Shown: in pieces, positions 1 through 11,491 of the stretch | Position numbering within the stretch: the first letter of the stretch is position 1 | How the letters are laid out: every line of letters starts with the position of its first letter | Assembly (NCBI GenBank): GCA_001600815.1 | Contig: BCKZ01000004.1 | Span: forward strand, 1,081,566 to 1,145,565 | Reading direction: 5' to 3' | Source: Alloascoidea hylecoeti | Taxonomy: Eukaryota | DNA length: 64,000 nucleotides | The notes under the pieces: generated by a model | The model's input: the letters and a program-made list of their open reading frames with translations, nothing else | What the model was told of the DNA's origin: nothing | Database searches by the model: none | Made by a program: the position numbers and the translations under genes

Positions 1-574
1 CTAGAATGATGAATGGAAATATAAATCAAGGAGAAAATAAAAACATTGTCTTGTTGATGTATAAATTGCAACTTGCAATTGTCTATGGATGCTAATCTTC
101 AACTTATGACCATGTAGCTAAAAGTACATTTGCAACTACTAACCATTTTTTTGTTCACAAGCTTACCTTTTTATAGTTAATTTTATCTTTTGCGGCAACG
201 TTAACGTTTTTTCAATGAAATATAAGTTCTATATAGTGATCTTTTATTTAACCCCCGTACTTCGTACTTTAATTTATAATATTTCTTAATTGGATTATAT
301 ATCTCTATATAAGAATGTACTTCTTCATAATAAGGTATCAAAATGATTAATATTATATATGTTGCAATTGATATGCATTCAATTATTTGAAATTTTACAA
401 GAACAAATTTTAAATCTTAAAAATAAAAAAACATGAAAGTTTTTTATAAAATATCAAAAAGTAAAATAACATTTTTTTCTTTCATGAACAGGAGTTTATC
501 ACAGTTAATATATTGAAATTGATTATAATGTATTGCTAATTGGAAATGATAATTAGAATTAATTAAGAATTAAT

Positions 575-2635
575 TTAAATTGATTTTTTCAAAGCTAATG
601 GGACCTTGTATTGTTCATCATCACTTTCTTCATCATCTTCTTGAGGTAATAAAAATCCTCTATAATCCTCTGTATTTAGTTTATCATTAATTTCACCCAA
701 TGAACCTAAATCACCAGGTGTCATTAATAAAGACCTATCTCTTGGTGATCCAACAACACTCAAAGGAGCAGTTAATTTTCTTTCTGGACCAGAATCTTCA
801 AATGGATTAAAATCATCAGTAAATTTATCAGGGTATGCTCTCTTTAAAGCCAAACTACGGGCTTTAACATATTCCAATCCCATTCTTCTCCAATCTAATA
901 AATCACTTAATCTTTCTGTTCTATTTCTTTGATTAATTCTTTGTCTTCTTGATTTCTCAGTAAATTCAAACATTTCATCACATAATTGATTAACTGATTC
1001 ATCCGCAGATTTGAATCTTCTATCAACGATATAAATACCATAATCCGATGAATTTTCAATTAGATCTTCCATATAACAACCAAAACCAGATAAATTAGTA
1101 GTAATTGATGGGACACCCATAACTGTACATTCAGCAGGAGTATAACCCCATGGTTCATAATATGAAGGGAAAACACCTAAATGACAACCTCTTACAAAAT
1201 CATCATAGTCTAAAGGTAATATAGGATTATTTGAATTCAAAAACTCAGGATGGAAAATAACCTTAACACGATCAGAAGGATGGTTAAACAATTGAACACG
1301 ACGAATTTGACTTAAGATTGGATCATTAGCATCATCTGTCATATTATGTGTGACGATTGGTGGTAAAGTATTTCTCTTTAATGCAAAAACTCTTCTTTTC
1401 AATAAAACTTTATCAGATGCTGTTAGAAGATCATCCAATTCTGGAACCTCCTGACCATGTTCTGAATATCTTGCACAATGCTCAAAGAGTCTTTTACCAA
1501 TTGATGATTGAATCTCACGAACTGTATCATCTAATGATTTCATTACTGCTTGTCCTTTTAATGTTTCAACTGTATATGAATGGGTTGCAGCTGGCATAAT
1601 GATAAAGGCAACAACTGTCATTTTTGAACCTGATGATTTTAATCTATAATTGAGACGAGCTAGAGATTCAATAAACATGTCAGCACCTTTATTTCTAAAT
1701 TCGTATCTTCCGGCAATGAAAAAGTAAAGTGTGTTTTCTAAATCGAAATCATAATGTCCATAGAAATGTCCTTTAATGAAAGAATTAATCTTCTCTTTAT
1801 TTTTAGCATGTAGATTTTGAAATTCATGAACTGCACTGAACTTAACGACATTAAGACCATTCGGAGTTATACCGTCTGGACGACGCTTCAGTAAATGCTC
1901 AGCTTCTAAAGCCGTTATATTTGATACTGTGGTGAAAACATCAGCCGAATGAACCGCAGCTCTTTCAATACAGTATCTATGATAGATCCCTCTTTTTCCC
2001 GCTTCAGCATCAACATCGAACCATTGTAAGTTATTATAAAAATCAACAGCTCCTGCACATAAATATCTACCTAAAATAGTAGCATGTGTGGTGAAAACAG
2101 TGGTAACATCGATTTTTCTTTTTTTGCATAATGGGACAGCTACTCCAGCGAGCCATTCGTGGAAATGAGCTACAACCGCGTGATCTAAATCATGTGTAAC
2201 ATATTCACCCAAGAACCATGCAACAAGATAACCAAACACAATGGCATCATTCGTCTCACCATCGTGAGCAGGGGCAGGGACACCAGCAATAGCCCATAAA
2301 TCAGCCTTCCATTCATTTAAATAATGATATGCGGAACCAGTATCAAATAATATAACTCGGGGAGCTCCTTCGATAAGCCATCTTCCATAGAGGTATCTAA
2401 TACCCCTATCTTCCATAGATTTTAACGTAGCTTTAATATCACCTTCGGGCTCCAATTTCTCGACCTCAATTTCAGCAGATTTGTGGTTCAATGGACCAAT
2501 CAGATGATAGTTATGTCCATACTGCTTCACGGTGACGGGTGTTTTTGACTTAATCACTGAGTAGATGCCACCAACACGATTGGCGACTTCGGTAGAAACC
2601 TCGAATAATTTGTGGTTAATTACGTCCCTGGACAT
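575..2635 (-). CDS. GSY1: Glycogen synthase (GSY1/GSY2 ortholog)
   Basis: 686-aa ORF with [42 protein letters not shown] and the C-terminal regulatory SVVGSP...MTPGDL segment typical of fungal GT3 glycogen synthases. Confidence 0.97.
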   Translation of the reverse strand: MSRDVINHKLFEVSTEVANRVGGIYSVIKSKTPVTVKQYGHNYHLIGPLNHKSAEIEVEKLEPEGDIKATLKSMEDRGIRYLYGRWLIEGAPRVILFDTGSAYHYLNEWKADLWAIAGVPAPAHDGETNDAIVFGYLVAWFLGEYVTHDLDHAVVAHFHEWLAGVAVPLCKKRKIDVTTVFTTHATILGRYLCAGAVDFYNNLQWFDVDAEAGKRGIYHRYCIERAAVHSADVFTTVSNITALEAEHLLKRRPDGITPNGLNVVKFSAVHEFQNLHAKNKEKINSFIKGHFYGHYDFDLENTLYFFIAGRYEFRNKGADMFIESLARLNYRLKSSGSKMTVVAFIIMPAATHSYTVETLKGQAVMKSLDDTVREIQSSIGKRLFEHCARYSEHGQEVPELDDLLTASDKVLLKRRVFALKRNTLPPIVTHNMTDDANDPILSQIRRVQLFNHPSDRVKVIFHPEFLNSNNPILPLDYDDFVRGCHLGVFPSYYEPWGYTPAECTVMGVPSITTNLSGFGCYMEDLIENSSDYGIYIVDRRFKSADESVNQLCDEMFEFTEKSRRQRINQRNRTERLSDLLDWRRMGLEYVKARSLALKRAYPDKFTDDFNPFEDSGPERKLTAPLSVVGSPRDRSLLMTPGDLGSLGEINDKLNTEDYRGFLLPQEDDEESDDEQYKVPLALKKSI

Positions 2636-4133
2636 TTTTAGCTAAAGATAATATGAAAATGAATTCAAAGGATTCGATGAGGGAGAAGATGAAGTTGAAG
2701 TAGAAAAGAGATTTCAGTCAAAAGACAAGGAATATTAATATGTATGATGATGAACACCCATACACTATTCATGCATATTACTTGGGGTACATCATAAGGT
2801 CAATTGACCATTTTTTTCTACATAAGCAGATGATCTTCCTTCTACTCCTATGAAATTGGAGGGTCAATTGACTCAATGGGCCTGGTACTGCACTTGGGAC
2901 ATACAACGAAATATAGACACGAGAATCTTTTAGTTTGATTCAGTTCGTTTCTCTGGGTTATACAAAATTTAAGATAAACATGCTTTGTAGATCAATATAT
3001 AATTGAAACAAATAAATGAAGGATTTTAAAAAAGATTGGCATTTAATAGTACAAATTTGTCCTGAATTGGAAAAGCCAACTCGCCAAATGTTTTATATTT
3101 TTCATATTTTATTATAAATAACTCATGGAGCCTCGGGTATCTAAAATTCTAAATTAGTTGAATTGTACCCCCACTTGAACTTAAGCATCACCAGTTACCA
3201 AGAAATGTCATTTTTTCAGAACTTTAGTTCTTTGAAATCGCAATTGGTCATAGTTTGATATATTTTATATCTCAATGACCACCTGTGCATTCGGTATAGG
3301 TCCGAACAAATGTATTAATCGACTCCGAGAAGAGCGGCGAGAACTGAGAGGCGCGTCAATATTGCTTCATACACAATAGAATAATTATTTTGCCCATTAG
3401 GGCCATTACCTATTTTTCATGCAAAAGGTGATCAATCAATGATCCCCTGTCAGAAGATGTCTTTTATGTTATTTATCTGATAATCAGTTGCAACATTTTT
3501 AAATTTCAATTGGAAATTGGAATATTGATCTCGCGATCACAAGTAATATTCTTGAAGGTATAGGTATGATACATGATTGTAGATTAATGTAAAAATGCAA
3601 TTTAAGATTATCAAAGAAGGTACTCAAGATCATTTTTGAATAGTGACACCCCCACACCAGATGTATGGTAATTCGTGCGTTTACACGATATATTTCGCAG
3701 CTTATTTTGTGTACTATGATTTGTGATGGCAGTGAAAATAGTTATAATGTGTATTACACTACATATATATTGAGATGTCTATCTATGTTCATATTGATTA
3801 TAAAGGTTCAAAATGTGTATTTCAATATTCTTAAGCGCTAACAGAGTCTCCTATAATGGTATAGATCACCTTATGTGGATAATAATATAATATATATCAT
3901 TTATGTTATTATCAAACATAAATAATAATGAATGTATTATATATTATGTTCCATCTAATTATCTCACATTTCGTTATTAATTCCCAAATTTTAGAGCAAA
4001 TGTATATTATTCAATTGTACGAATATTAAAGTGTATCTAGATCTAATGATAACTGTACGAGAACATCCATACACCTACCACATCACCAAACTTATTGTTC
4101 TGATAAATCTATATTTGTACCAATAAAATCTAG

Positions 4134-7100
4134 ATGTCCTATAAAAAGCGAGCCACGGTGGTTTTACGCTCGCTGGCTCTATTTGACTCTGCTGATGAAT
4201 GGGCCGATTATATTTCATTTTTAGGAAAGTTATTTAAAACAATTCGCACCCCACTTCACCAACCATCCTCAAAGAATGCAACGACAACCCCAACTAAAGA
4301 AGAAAATGCATTGTTTGGAACCGACGTAATCGAATCGAAAGTCGCATCTTGCTTAGGAGCATGTCTTCATGTCAACTTACCTAGTGGAGTTCATGTGAAA
4401 ACCCTAGAGGTTTACAGTCACGTGTTCTCGGTATTGGGGAGTGAAGAATTGGGAAGAAAGACACATGTTTGGGTTCCCGGTCTGTTAAGTATTATGTCAC
4501 ATGCTTCAATTAGTGTCAAGCCACTTATCGTTAACTTATTTGATTCTTATATCTTGGAACTACCTAATGATAGACTCCGAATCCTGTTAAAATCATTACT
4601 ACTATCATTTTTACCTGGAATTGATGACGAATCTTCGGAATCTTTTGATGCTGTTCTCCAATTAATTGATAAATTAAAAGACAAAGTAGGAAATCAGCAG
4701 TTTTGGCAATGTTTTTGTTTATGTGTGGTGGAATCTCAAGATCGAAGGTTAGGCGCACTTATTTATATGACAAAACGCCTACCTTTACTCATTCCACAGC
4801 AGGAATTAAATGATGACGACCAAGAGCAAGATGAAGAGGAACCTGAAGTTGAAGCTGAACATGATTGGAGTAATTCTAAAGCAAAACAAAAGTTACTTGC
4901 TTCTTTATCTTCAGAAGCAATTAGTGTTATAACACCAGAATCGGGACTTCTTATTCGTGCTTTCACAAAAGGTCTAACAGATCCACAACTTTTAGTTCAA
5001 AGAGGATTTTTCGACTTACTTTTAAAAAACCTACCTTTAGATTCTGGTGTTTTACAAGTCTATTCATCAATTTCAGATATTGAGTTATTAATTTCAAGTG
5101 CATGCTCAACTGTTTTGAAAAAAGATATGTCATTAAATAGACGATTATGGAATTGGTTATTGGGACCAAGTCAAGAAGTATCAACTCCAGCTTCACCGCA
5201 TTTCCCCACATCTTCTACGACATCAAATAAATTCTTAACGCATGAGCAATATTTTACTAAATACGGTTATACTCCTCTTACAAACGCATTGCTAAAACAA
5301 ATAATATCCCCAAATTCGTATACTGTACAAAATATTACAAAACCATTCAAAATTTCATTGAGTTTAATGGATAGATGGGAAATAGGAAGTAAAGTAGTTC
5401 CCATTGTACTTTCACCTATCTTGGAAAAATCAATGTCATATTCAGCTACCTCAAAAGAGTACAGTGTATCTAAAATTAATAATTCATCAAATGATGATTT
5501 TGTTTTTACTGAAGATGAGATAACAGAAATTATAATTAGTGCTTCTTCATTTTTTGATGGTGTTGAAGCTATAAACATTTATTCTGACATTTTTTCAATC
5601 ATAATTCCACCTAAATCACTATCAGCTGCTGATACTGATACTAATACTGACATTAAAGTTAATTATGAACTATTGGAGTTTATATTGAAAAACTTTAATG
5701 TAAAGGAGGAAGAAATGATTGTATTACATTTGCCATTGATGCTTCTTGCACTGTTAATTCTTCAGAATAAGAAAATTGATGATAGAAAAGATACAACAGA
5801 TGATAGCGATGCGAAGTGGTATAAAATTACAGAAATGATTCTAGATTTAATTCCTGAAAGGGCATTTATACCACCGCATCATTCTCAAACTTCAAAAAAT
5901 TTGGAAGATTTAGATGATGTTACAATTTTGAAAAGAATATCTTCTTATTATGCTATTCAAACAAATTCTACAAGTGATTCAAATGAGAATTTTGACCGCT
6001 CTAATGGTGGTGGAGGTTCTTTAGACGTTCCTTTTCAAACATCAATATTATCACTTTTACTCTTGCATACAATAACAAAACTGACATCGAAAGCAATTTC
6101 ATCAAGGGATCATAACTTAAAATATTATGGTTCTTTAGTATATAAAATTGTTGGTAAAATTCCTGAAATGGGTCAATGGAGAGATGAAATTCTTATTTCA
6201 GAACTGATATCATTGTCTGGTTCTTCAGGACTTGCAGTTGAAAACTACAATCCTCAATTCACATATGGTCTTATCCTTTCAACGTTGTCAATTCTTCCAG
6301 GACTTACTTCACAAGAATCCTATTCAGTCATTTCAACCTCAATCTCATCGTTATTTGAGTTGTTGAGTGATAGATATGGCAAATATCAAGTTGAAGTTGG
6401 AAAATTATTATGGGAATTGGATGAGAAACTAATTCTAAAAAATAATAGCAACAACAAGAATAGAAATGTCAATACTGGAACAAAAATCAGTGGTTCAATA
6501 ATCGAGGCAAATCTTGCTAATTTATTCATAGATAATGATTCTGAAAATGAAATGTCTATTTATGATAAAGTGAGAATCTTTCAAACCTTATGGATACATA
6601 GGATTGATAAGAGTAATGATATGATTACTAGATCATTATTTTTATTATTGGATAATTTAAAATCAACTATTCCATCAAATGAAGGTAGTTTATTTAATTT
6701 TTATGGAAACAGTGATAGTATTAAAGGGAATAATATTGGAGAAAATTCACTTGTCGTTTCAACATGGATAAATTCAACTCTTCATTCTGGAACATCAAAT
6801 AATTTATTTTACTCTTTGTTAAAGCCAATAACCTCTTTTCCTCTATTATCTAGATCCACCTCAAACATAAATATAGCTCTGGATGATCTTGATACATTAG
6901 CTTATTTTCTGAAAACGTTCTATAATGTGTTATGTGTTGCACGACCAGGATTAAAAAAATCATTTGAGAATGAATCTGTTGTTGGTGATGCAAATTTAAG
7001 GGCAATACTGTCATCTAAAAAGCCAACTAGTGGAATAGTTTTGGGTGAATCAAACTATAAAAGTATATTAATAAATTTAGTTTTAAAAATTATATCTTAT

Positions 7101-9995
7101 CATCCACCAACACCATCTACATCTAACTATAATAATGGGTCAATTTTTTCACTCAGTGATATAGTCAAATCTTTTATTGATGTTAATACACATTCATTAA
7201 ATCTTTTAGAGTTGTTGATTACTGGTAATGAATCATATCTTGATATTGTTATTTCAACATTAATAAATGTTATAATTGGTTATACAACAATTTTAACTTC
7301 ATATACAAATGATGAAGATAAAGATAGTGGATCTGAATATTCTTTTATTCAAATCAAATTGCTTAAACTACTTAATAAAATGATAAAATTTGGGTCAAAA
7401 CAAAAAATTTTCATTCATGATATTTTTGAAGATATAACTATTCCCAAACATAAAACCATAACTGGTCAAAATACTATAACAAATGATAGTTTTACAAAAC
7501 AGGTTCAATTTTTAAATCTTGGGATTTCTTCTTCTAAGAATGAGATTGCAACTACTTGTTGGAATGATTTGTTGATAGATCTCTTAACACTTATGAGACT
7601 TGATAATTCAGAATCATTTTATCAAAACTTGATTCCTTTGGTTGATTGTAATTGCCTACAAATTGCAAATAAGTTTGAGTTGTTAAAAAATGCACTGAAC
7701 GATAATAACAACACAATCGGTGAATCTCAAAATAATCCTGGTATAAAACAAACAATTGATTTTGATCAAATAATCTTTACTTATTTTTCATCGCTTGAAC
7801 AAATGCTATCGATTGCAAACACACAGTTAGGACAACATTCATCATCTTCATCATCTGCATCCAAAGTTAATCTGCTGAAAAATTCATCAGATTTTTCGAC
7901 CAATAATTCAGGTTTATCTGCTTCTTCACCAGTGAATACTATAGCTAATACTGGATTTTTCGGTGTCATGTCTGGTGTTTTCGCGGTTGAGTCTCCTACC
8001 ACAAATCATCAAGATGCAAATAATCGATTATCAGTTATTTTGTGTTTTCAAGATGCTATTAAAACAGCATATAACATCTGGACTTGGGCAGAAACTTATA
8101 ATAGTATAAATAATTCGAATAATAGAAGATTCGATGTTGAGAATGGTGGAATAAGTGAATCATCGGTGTATCATTCATCAAGATTAAAATTTAGATCTAA
8201 GAAAATCATGGAGAAATTGTATTCTTTGGAAACACAAGAAATGTTGGAAACGCTCATTGAAATTGGGTATATAAATTCTACTAACACTGAGTCTAGAATT
8301 GGAAATATTGGAAAGGGACATATCTTTAAACTATTACATATTTTAGATGGTGCTAGACCTAGGATGACAATATCACACCTCTTCGATTCAATTTTGAAGA
8401 GATCTAATTCATCTAATAACTATGGAAGTAAGTCACCATTCACAACAGAACTATCTGATCAATTGCTCGTTTCGTTTCTAAATGATTACACAGCATCCTT
8501 AGAATCAGATGCAATCGAAGAGGTTTGGAATAATATCACTGGATTTTTGAAAGAAACTCTCACGAGTATTACACAATTCAAGCACCTATATCCGAATTTG
8601 TTGAAGTTTTTAGGTTTACTTGGTGTAAAATTGAGTAAAGTACAATTTGGACAGTCGAAAAAGATACAAAAAGAATTAGGGGATTTTTTCACTAAAATGC
8701 TCAGTATTGTTCTTGCTTCAAGAACTTCTCTTACAGTTTTAGAGCCAGTAGTATTTGATAATAATAGTGATCTTGAAGGTGATACATCTTCTACGATAGT
8801 AGCTTCTGAGTTTACGGGCTCTACTGTCACTGGAGATAAAGTAACAAAAGAGGAATTATGCAACATACTTGGGGAAATATCCATAAATCTGAATCTAATT
8901 GTACCTGAATCTGATCGCGTTATTTACTCTGTATCTCTCATGCTAACAAGTTTGTTTCATCCGCTGATGAAGTCGAAAACTTACCCTTCATCGGCACCCA
9001 ATTATATGGTCAAGTTGCTCAGCTCAATTAGTGGGGAGGGCACTACTATAAATAATACTGTTCAAAATAGCAAAGCCTGGAAAACAATTGTTTCAGATAC
9101 ATATACAGACCCTAGGTTCTTTCAGTTGAACTACAATGCTAGTAAGCTTTGGGCACCAATTATTTCAAAATGGGTTTTGATGGATAAGTCTGTCTTTAAT
9201 GACTATGTTTCTAGAATATCCGTGCATTCATCAAATACAACAAATGTATTATTTGGTTGGTCTGACCAAGAAGCTACCACAAGAACCTTGAATATTCAAA
9301 AAATCACTTATATATTGATGGTCGGTGAGAAGGATCAGTTCTTAACAAGTTTGAAGGAATTATCTGTCAAATTGAATCAAGTTCTTTGCTCCAACACAGG
9401 GAGATACTCCATTAAGAGCGATGTTTTCCTTTGTATAAGGGCCATGGTTCTGAGATTTAGTGAAACACATTTATCTTTCATTTGGAATATCCTCCATTCG
9501 GAATTGCAAACAATATTTATGAATTTGGTTGATAATCTTACAGAGAATGAAACAATTGATTTGATCACACTAACCGGTGCTTGCAAACTTTTGGATATGT
9601 TGCTTATTGTTGGGTTTGAAGATTTTAGACTTGACCAATGGTTATTTATTACAGATAATATGGATGCAATTTTCAAATCAGCGGAACATCCTCCTTTTGG
9701 TATCATTGATAAAATATCTGAAGCTGGCCTTATAAAACCAAACCAAAGAGATTTAGATTCCGAAGAAAAACCCCACATCCTTCCTACACAGTATATCAAT
9801 ACAGTTAAAAATCCGAAAAAGAAACTGCCATTACTTTCTGGTCTTATTCCAAAGAAAGTAAAGTATATATATGAACTTAGACGGTTCTTTGATTCGTTAA
9901 GTTTACAGGTATATGAAGATACTTATTCATTAGCTGTACCTGATATCAAATCTTGTGAAGAAGATGTATTGCATGATTTATTTAGTAATCCATAA
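4134..9995 (+). CDS. DOP1: Dopey-family protein Dop1 (endosome/Golgi trafficking)
   Basis: 1953-aa ORF. Dopey N-terminal motifs EWADYISFL, CLHVNLPSGVHVKTLEVY, KKDMSLNRRLWNWLLG and SLMDRWEIG; C-terminal ACKLLDML...QWLFITD. Confidence 0.95.
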   Translation: MSYKKRATVVLRSLALFDSADEWADYISFLGKLFKTIRTPLHQPSSKNATTTPTKEENALFGTDVIESKVASCLGACLHVNLPSGVHVKTLEVYSHVFSVLGSEELGRKTHVWVPGLLSIMSHASISVKPLIVNLFDSYILELPNDRLRILLKSLLLSFLPGIDDESSESFDAVLQLIDKLKDKVGNQQFWQCFCLCVVESQDRRLGALIYMTKRLPLLIPQQELNDDDQEQDEEEPEVEAEHDWSNSKAKQKLLASLSSEAISVITPESGLLIRAFTKGLTDPQLLVQRGFFDLLLKNLPLDSGVLQVYSSISDIELLISSACSTVLKKDMSLNRRLWNWLLGPSQEVSTPASPHFPTSSTTSNKFLTHEQYFTKYGYTPLTNALLKQIISPNSYTVQNITKPFKISLSLMDRWEIGSKVVPIVLSPILEKSMSYSATSKEYSVSKINNSSNDDFVFTEDEITEIIISASSFFDGVEAINIYSDIFSIIIPPKSLSAADTDTNTDIKVNYELLEFILKNFNVKEEEMIVLHLPLMLLALLILQNKKIDDRKDTTDDSDAKWYKITEMILDLIPERAFIPPHHSQTSKNLEDLDDVTILKRISSYYAIQTNSTSDSNENFDRSNGGGGSLDVPFQTSILSLLLLHTITKLTSKAISSRDHNLKYYGSLVYKIVGKIPEMGQWRDEILISELISLSGSSGLAVENYNPQFTYGLILSTLSILPGLTSQESYSVISTSISSLFELLSDRYGKYQVEVGKLLWELDEKLILKNNSNNKNRNVNTGTKISGSIIEANLANLFIDNDSENEMSIYDKVRIFQTLWIHRIDKSNDMITRSLFLLLDNLKSTIPSNEGSLFNFYGNSDSIKGNNIGENSLVVSTWINSTLHSGTSNNLFYSLLKPITSFPLLSRSTSNINIALDDLDTLAYFLKTFYNVLCVARPGLKKSFENESVVGDANLRAILSSKKPTSGIVLGESNYKSILINLVLKIISYHPPTPSTSNYNNGSIFSLSDIVKSFIDVNTHSLNLLELLITGNESYLDIVISTLINVIIGYTTILTSYTNDEDKDSGSEYSFIQIKLLKLLNKMIKFGSKQKIFIHDIFEDITIPKHKTITGQNTITNDSFTKQVQFLNLGISSSKNEIATTCWNDLLIDLLTLMRLDNSESFYQNLIPLVDCNCLQIANKFELLKNALNDNNNTIGESQNNPGIKQTIDFDQIIFTYFSSLEQMLSIANTQLGQHSSSSSSASKVNLLKNSSDFSTNNSGLSASSPVNTIANTGFFGVMSGVFAVESPTTNHQDANNRLSVILCFQDAIKTAYNIWTWAETYNSINNSNNRRFDVENGGISESSVYHSSRLKFRSKKIMEKLYSLETQEMLETLIEIGYINSTNTESRIGNIGKGHIFKLLHILDGARPRMTISHLFDSILKRSNSSNNYGSKSPFTTELSDQLLVSFLNDYTASLESDAIEEVWNNITGFLKETLTSITQFKHLYPNLLKFLGLLGVKLSKVQFGQSKKIQKELGDFFTKMLSIVLASRTSLTVLEPVVFDNNSDLEGDTSSTIVASEFTGSTVTGDKVTKEELCNILGEISINLNLIVPESDRVIYSVSLMLTSLFHPLMKSKTYPSSAPNYMVKLLSSISGEGTTINNTVQNSKAWKTIVSDTYTDPRFFQLNYNASKLWAPIISKWVLMDKSVFNDYVSRISVHSSNTTNVLFGWSDQEATTRTLNIQKITYILMVGEKDQFLTSLKELSVKLNQVLCSNTGRYSIKSDVFLCIRAMVLRFSETHLSFIWNILHSELQTIFMNLVDNLTENETIDLITLTGACKLLDMLLIVGFEDFRLDQWLFITDNMDAIFKSAEHPPFGIIDKISEAGLIKPNQRDLDSEEKPHILPTQYINTVKNPKKKLPLLSGLIPKKVKYIYELRRFFDSLSLQVYEDTYSLAVPDIKSCEEDVLHDLFSNP

Positions 9996-10108
9996 ATTGG
10001 AATAGATACTGTATAGAAATTTATCAGTTAATTTATATCGTTATTTATTATATACACCAAAAGTTTCATTTGTTTTTAGATTTGTGCATGCTTTAATTAT
10101 ATTAATAA

Positions 10109-10777
10109 TCATCTCCAAAATCGATATATACTTAATACCTCCCAACCTGCCTTTCTCGTTATAACACATTTAGCATTCCATCCCTTTATTCTCATAATAT
10201 CAGCAACTATTTCTGGTTTGTTTCGAGCACAAAATAATATATAAGCAACTCCAGATTCCGATAGTATAAATTCTAAATCATGTAGCAGTTGATTTGTAAC
10301 TTCCATACCATCGACTCCACCCAATAAAGCTAAGTCCAACCAATCGTAATCATTTTTGCATTCTAAGGATGGGACTTTCTCATCAGGGACATAAGGTGGG
10401 TTAAAAATTAACATATCAATTAATCCTGGTCTTATACTAGTCGTTAAATCATTTTGTATAGAATCAATATATTTAGTCCCATTATTTTCACTAGAAGTTT
10501 TTAATGAAGCTGAACAAGCATGAGGATTAACATCAGTTGTAAGAAATAATCCACTCTTAATGATATTATTGTGAAGAAATGAAGTCACTATCCCAGACCC
10601 TGTTCCAACTTCAGTGATTATAGGAAGAGCTGGTGATATCTTTTCCAATTGTTGCTGTAAAAAAATTCGTTCAGATTTCAATTCAAAGACATCCAATAGT
10701 AGAAATGAATCCTCTGCTGGTTCATAAACTTTATCAAAAGGAACAGAGGATGTTTTAGGGGTTGGAAATTTACTCAT
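10109..10777 (-). CDS. MTQ2: eRF1 glutamine methyltransferase catalytic subunit (HemK family)
   Basis: VYEPAEDSFLLLD, SAM motif EVGTGSG, and the FNPPY motif. Confidence 0.95.
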   Translation of the reverse strand: MSKFPTPKTSSVPFDKVYEPAEDSFLLLDVFELKSERIFLQQQLEKISPALPIITEVGTGSGIVTSFLHNNIIKSGLFLTTDVNPHACSASLKTSSENNGTKYIDSIQNDLTTSIRPGLIDMLIFNPPYVPDEKVPSLECKNDYDWLDLALLGGVDGMEVTNQLLHDLEFILSESGVAYILFCARNKPEIVADIMRIKGWNAKCVITRKAGWEVLSIYRFWR

Positions 10778-10916
10778 AATATTTGTTATCTTTATCAGAA
10801 ATTTTCAATTTTTAGTGTTTTTTGATTTTGTGTATTGCTTAAAACAATTTTACATCTTATTTCTTTTACACATCGTGAAGATCAAATAAAACAAACACGA
10901 CATCTAACTACTCAAA

Positions 10917-11201
10917 ATGCAAATCAAAGTGAAAACGCTTACTGGAAAAGAGATTCCAATTGATGTCGATCCAACTGACACTGTAAGTTATCATAATATT
11001 AAATTAATGAACGTTAAAACTAACATTCTTTAGATTTTTCGATTAAAAGAAATCATGGAGGAGAAAGAGGGAATTCCACCAATTCAACAAAGATTGATTT
11101 ATGCTGGGAAACAAATGAAAGATGATTCTACTGTTGCTGCTTATAAATTAGAGCCAGGTACACAATTACATTTGGTTTTGGCTCTCAGGGGAGGTCATTA
11201 A
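10917..11201 (+). CDS. RUB1: Ubiquitin-like NEDD8/Rub1, 2 exons (missing from ORF track)
   Basis: Exons 10917-10982 and 11034-11201; intron GTAAGT...AACTAAC...TAG. Spliced 77 aa [77 protein letters not shown]; the LALRGG (Ala72) end marks NEDD8. Confidence 0.96.
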
Positions 11202-11491
11202 AGAAAGTGAAGTTGGATGTTACACAGCAAAACATTAAGTTATGACGATGGATAGGTTACTTAAATTAATGTATGAATTAATAATTGTGTTACGGTTAAA
11301 TATTGCAAAAAAATTCAATAATATTAACTGGTAAATTTTAAATAAAAGGTAGATCTCACGATTGAAAGTTTTTTAAAATATAAAACAAATATCAACTTTT
11401 AAGCCATAACAATATAGTACAAGCATAAAATTTCCGTAGATAAACGAAAAAAACATAAAACAGTAAGAAAAGCCAGGTTATAAACATGTTT

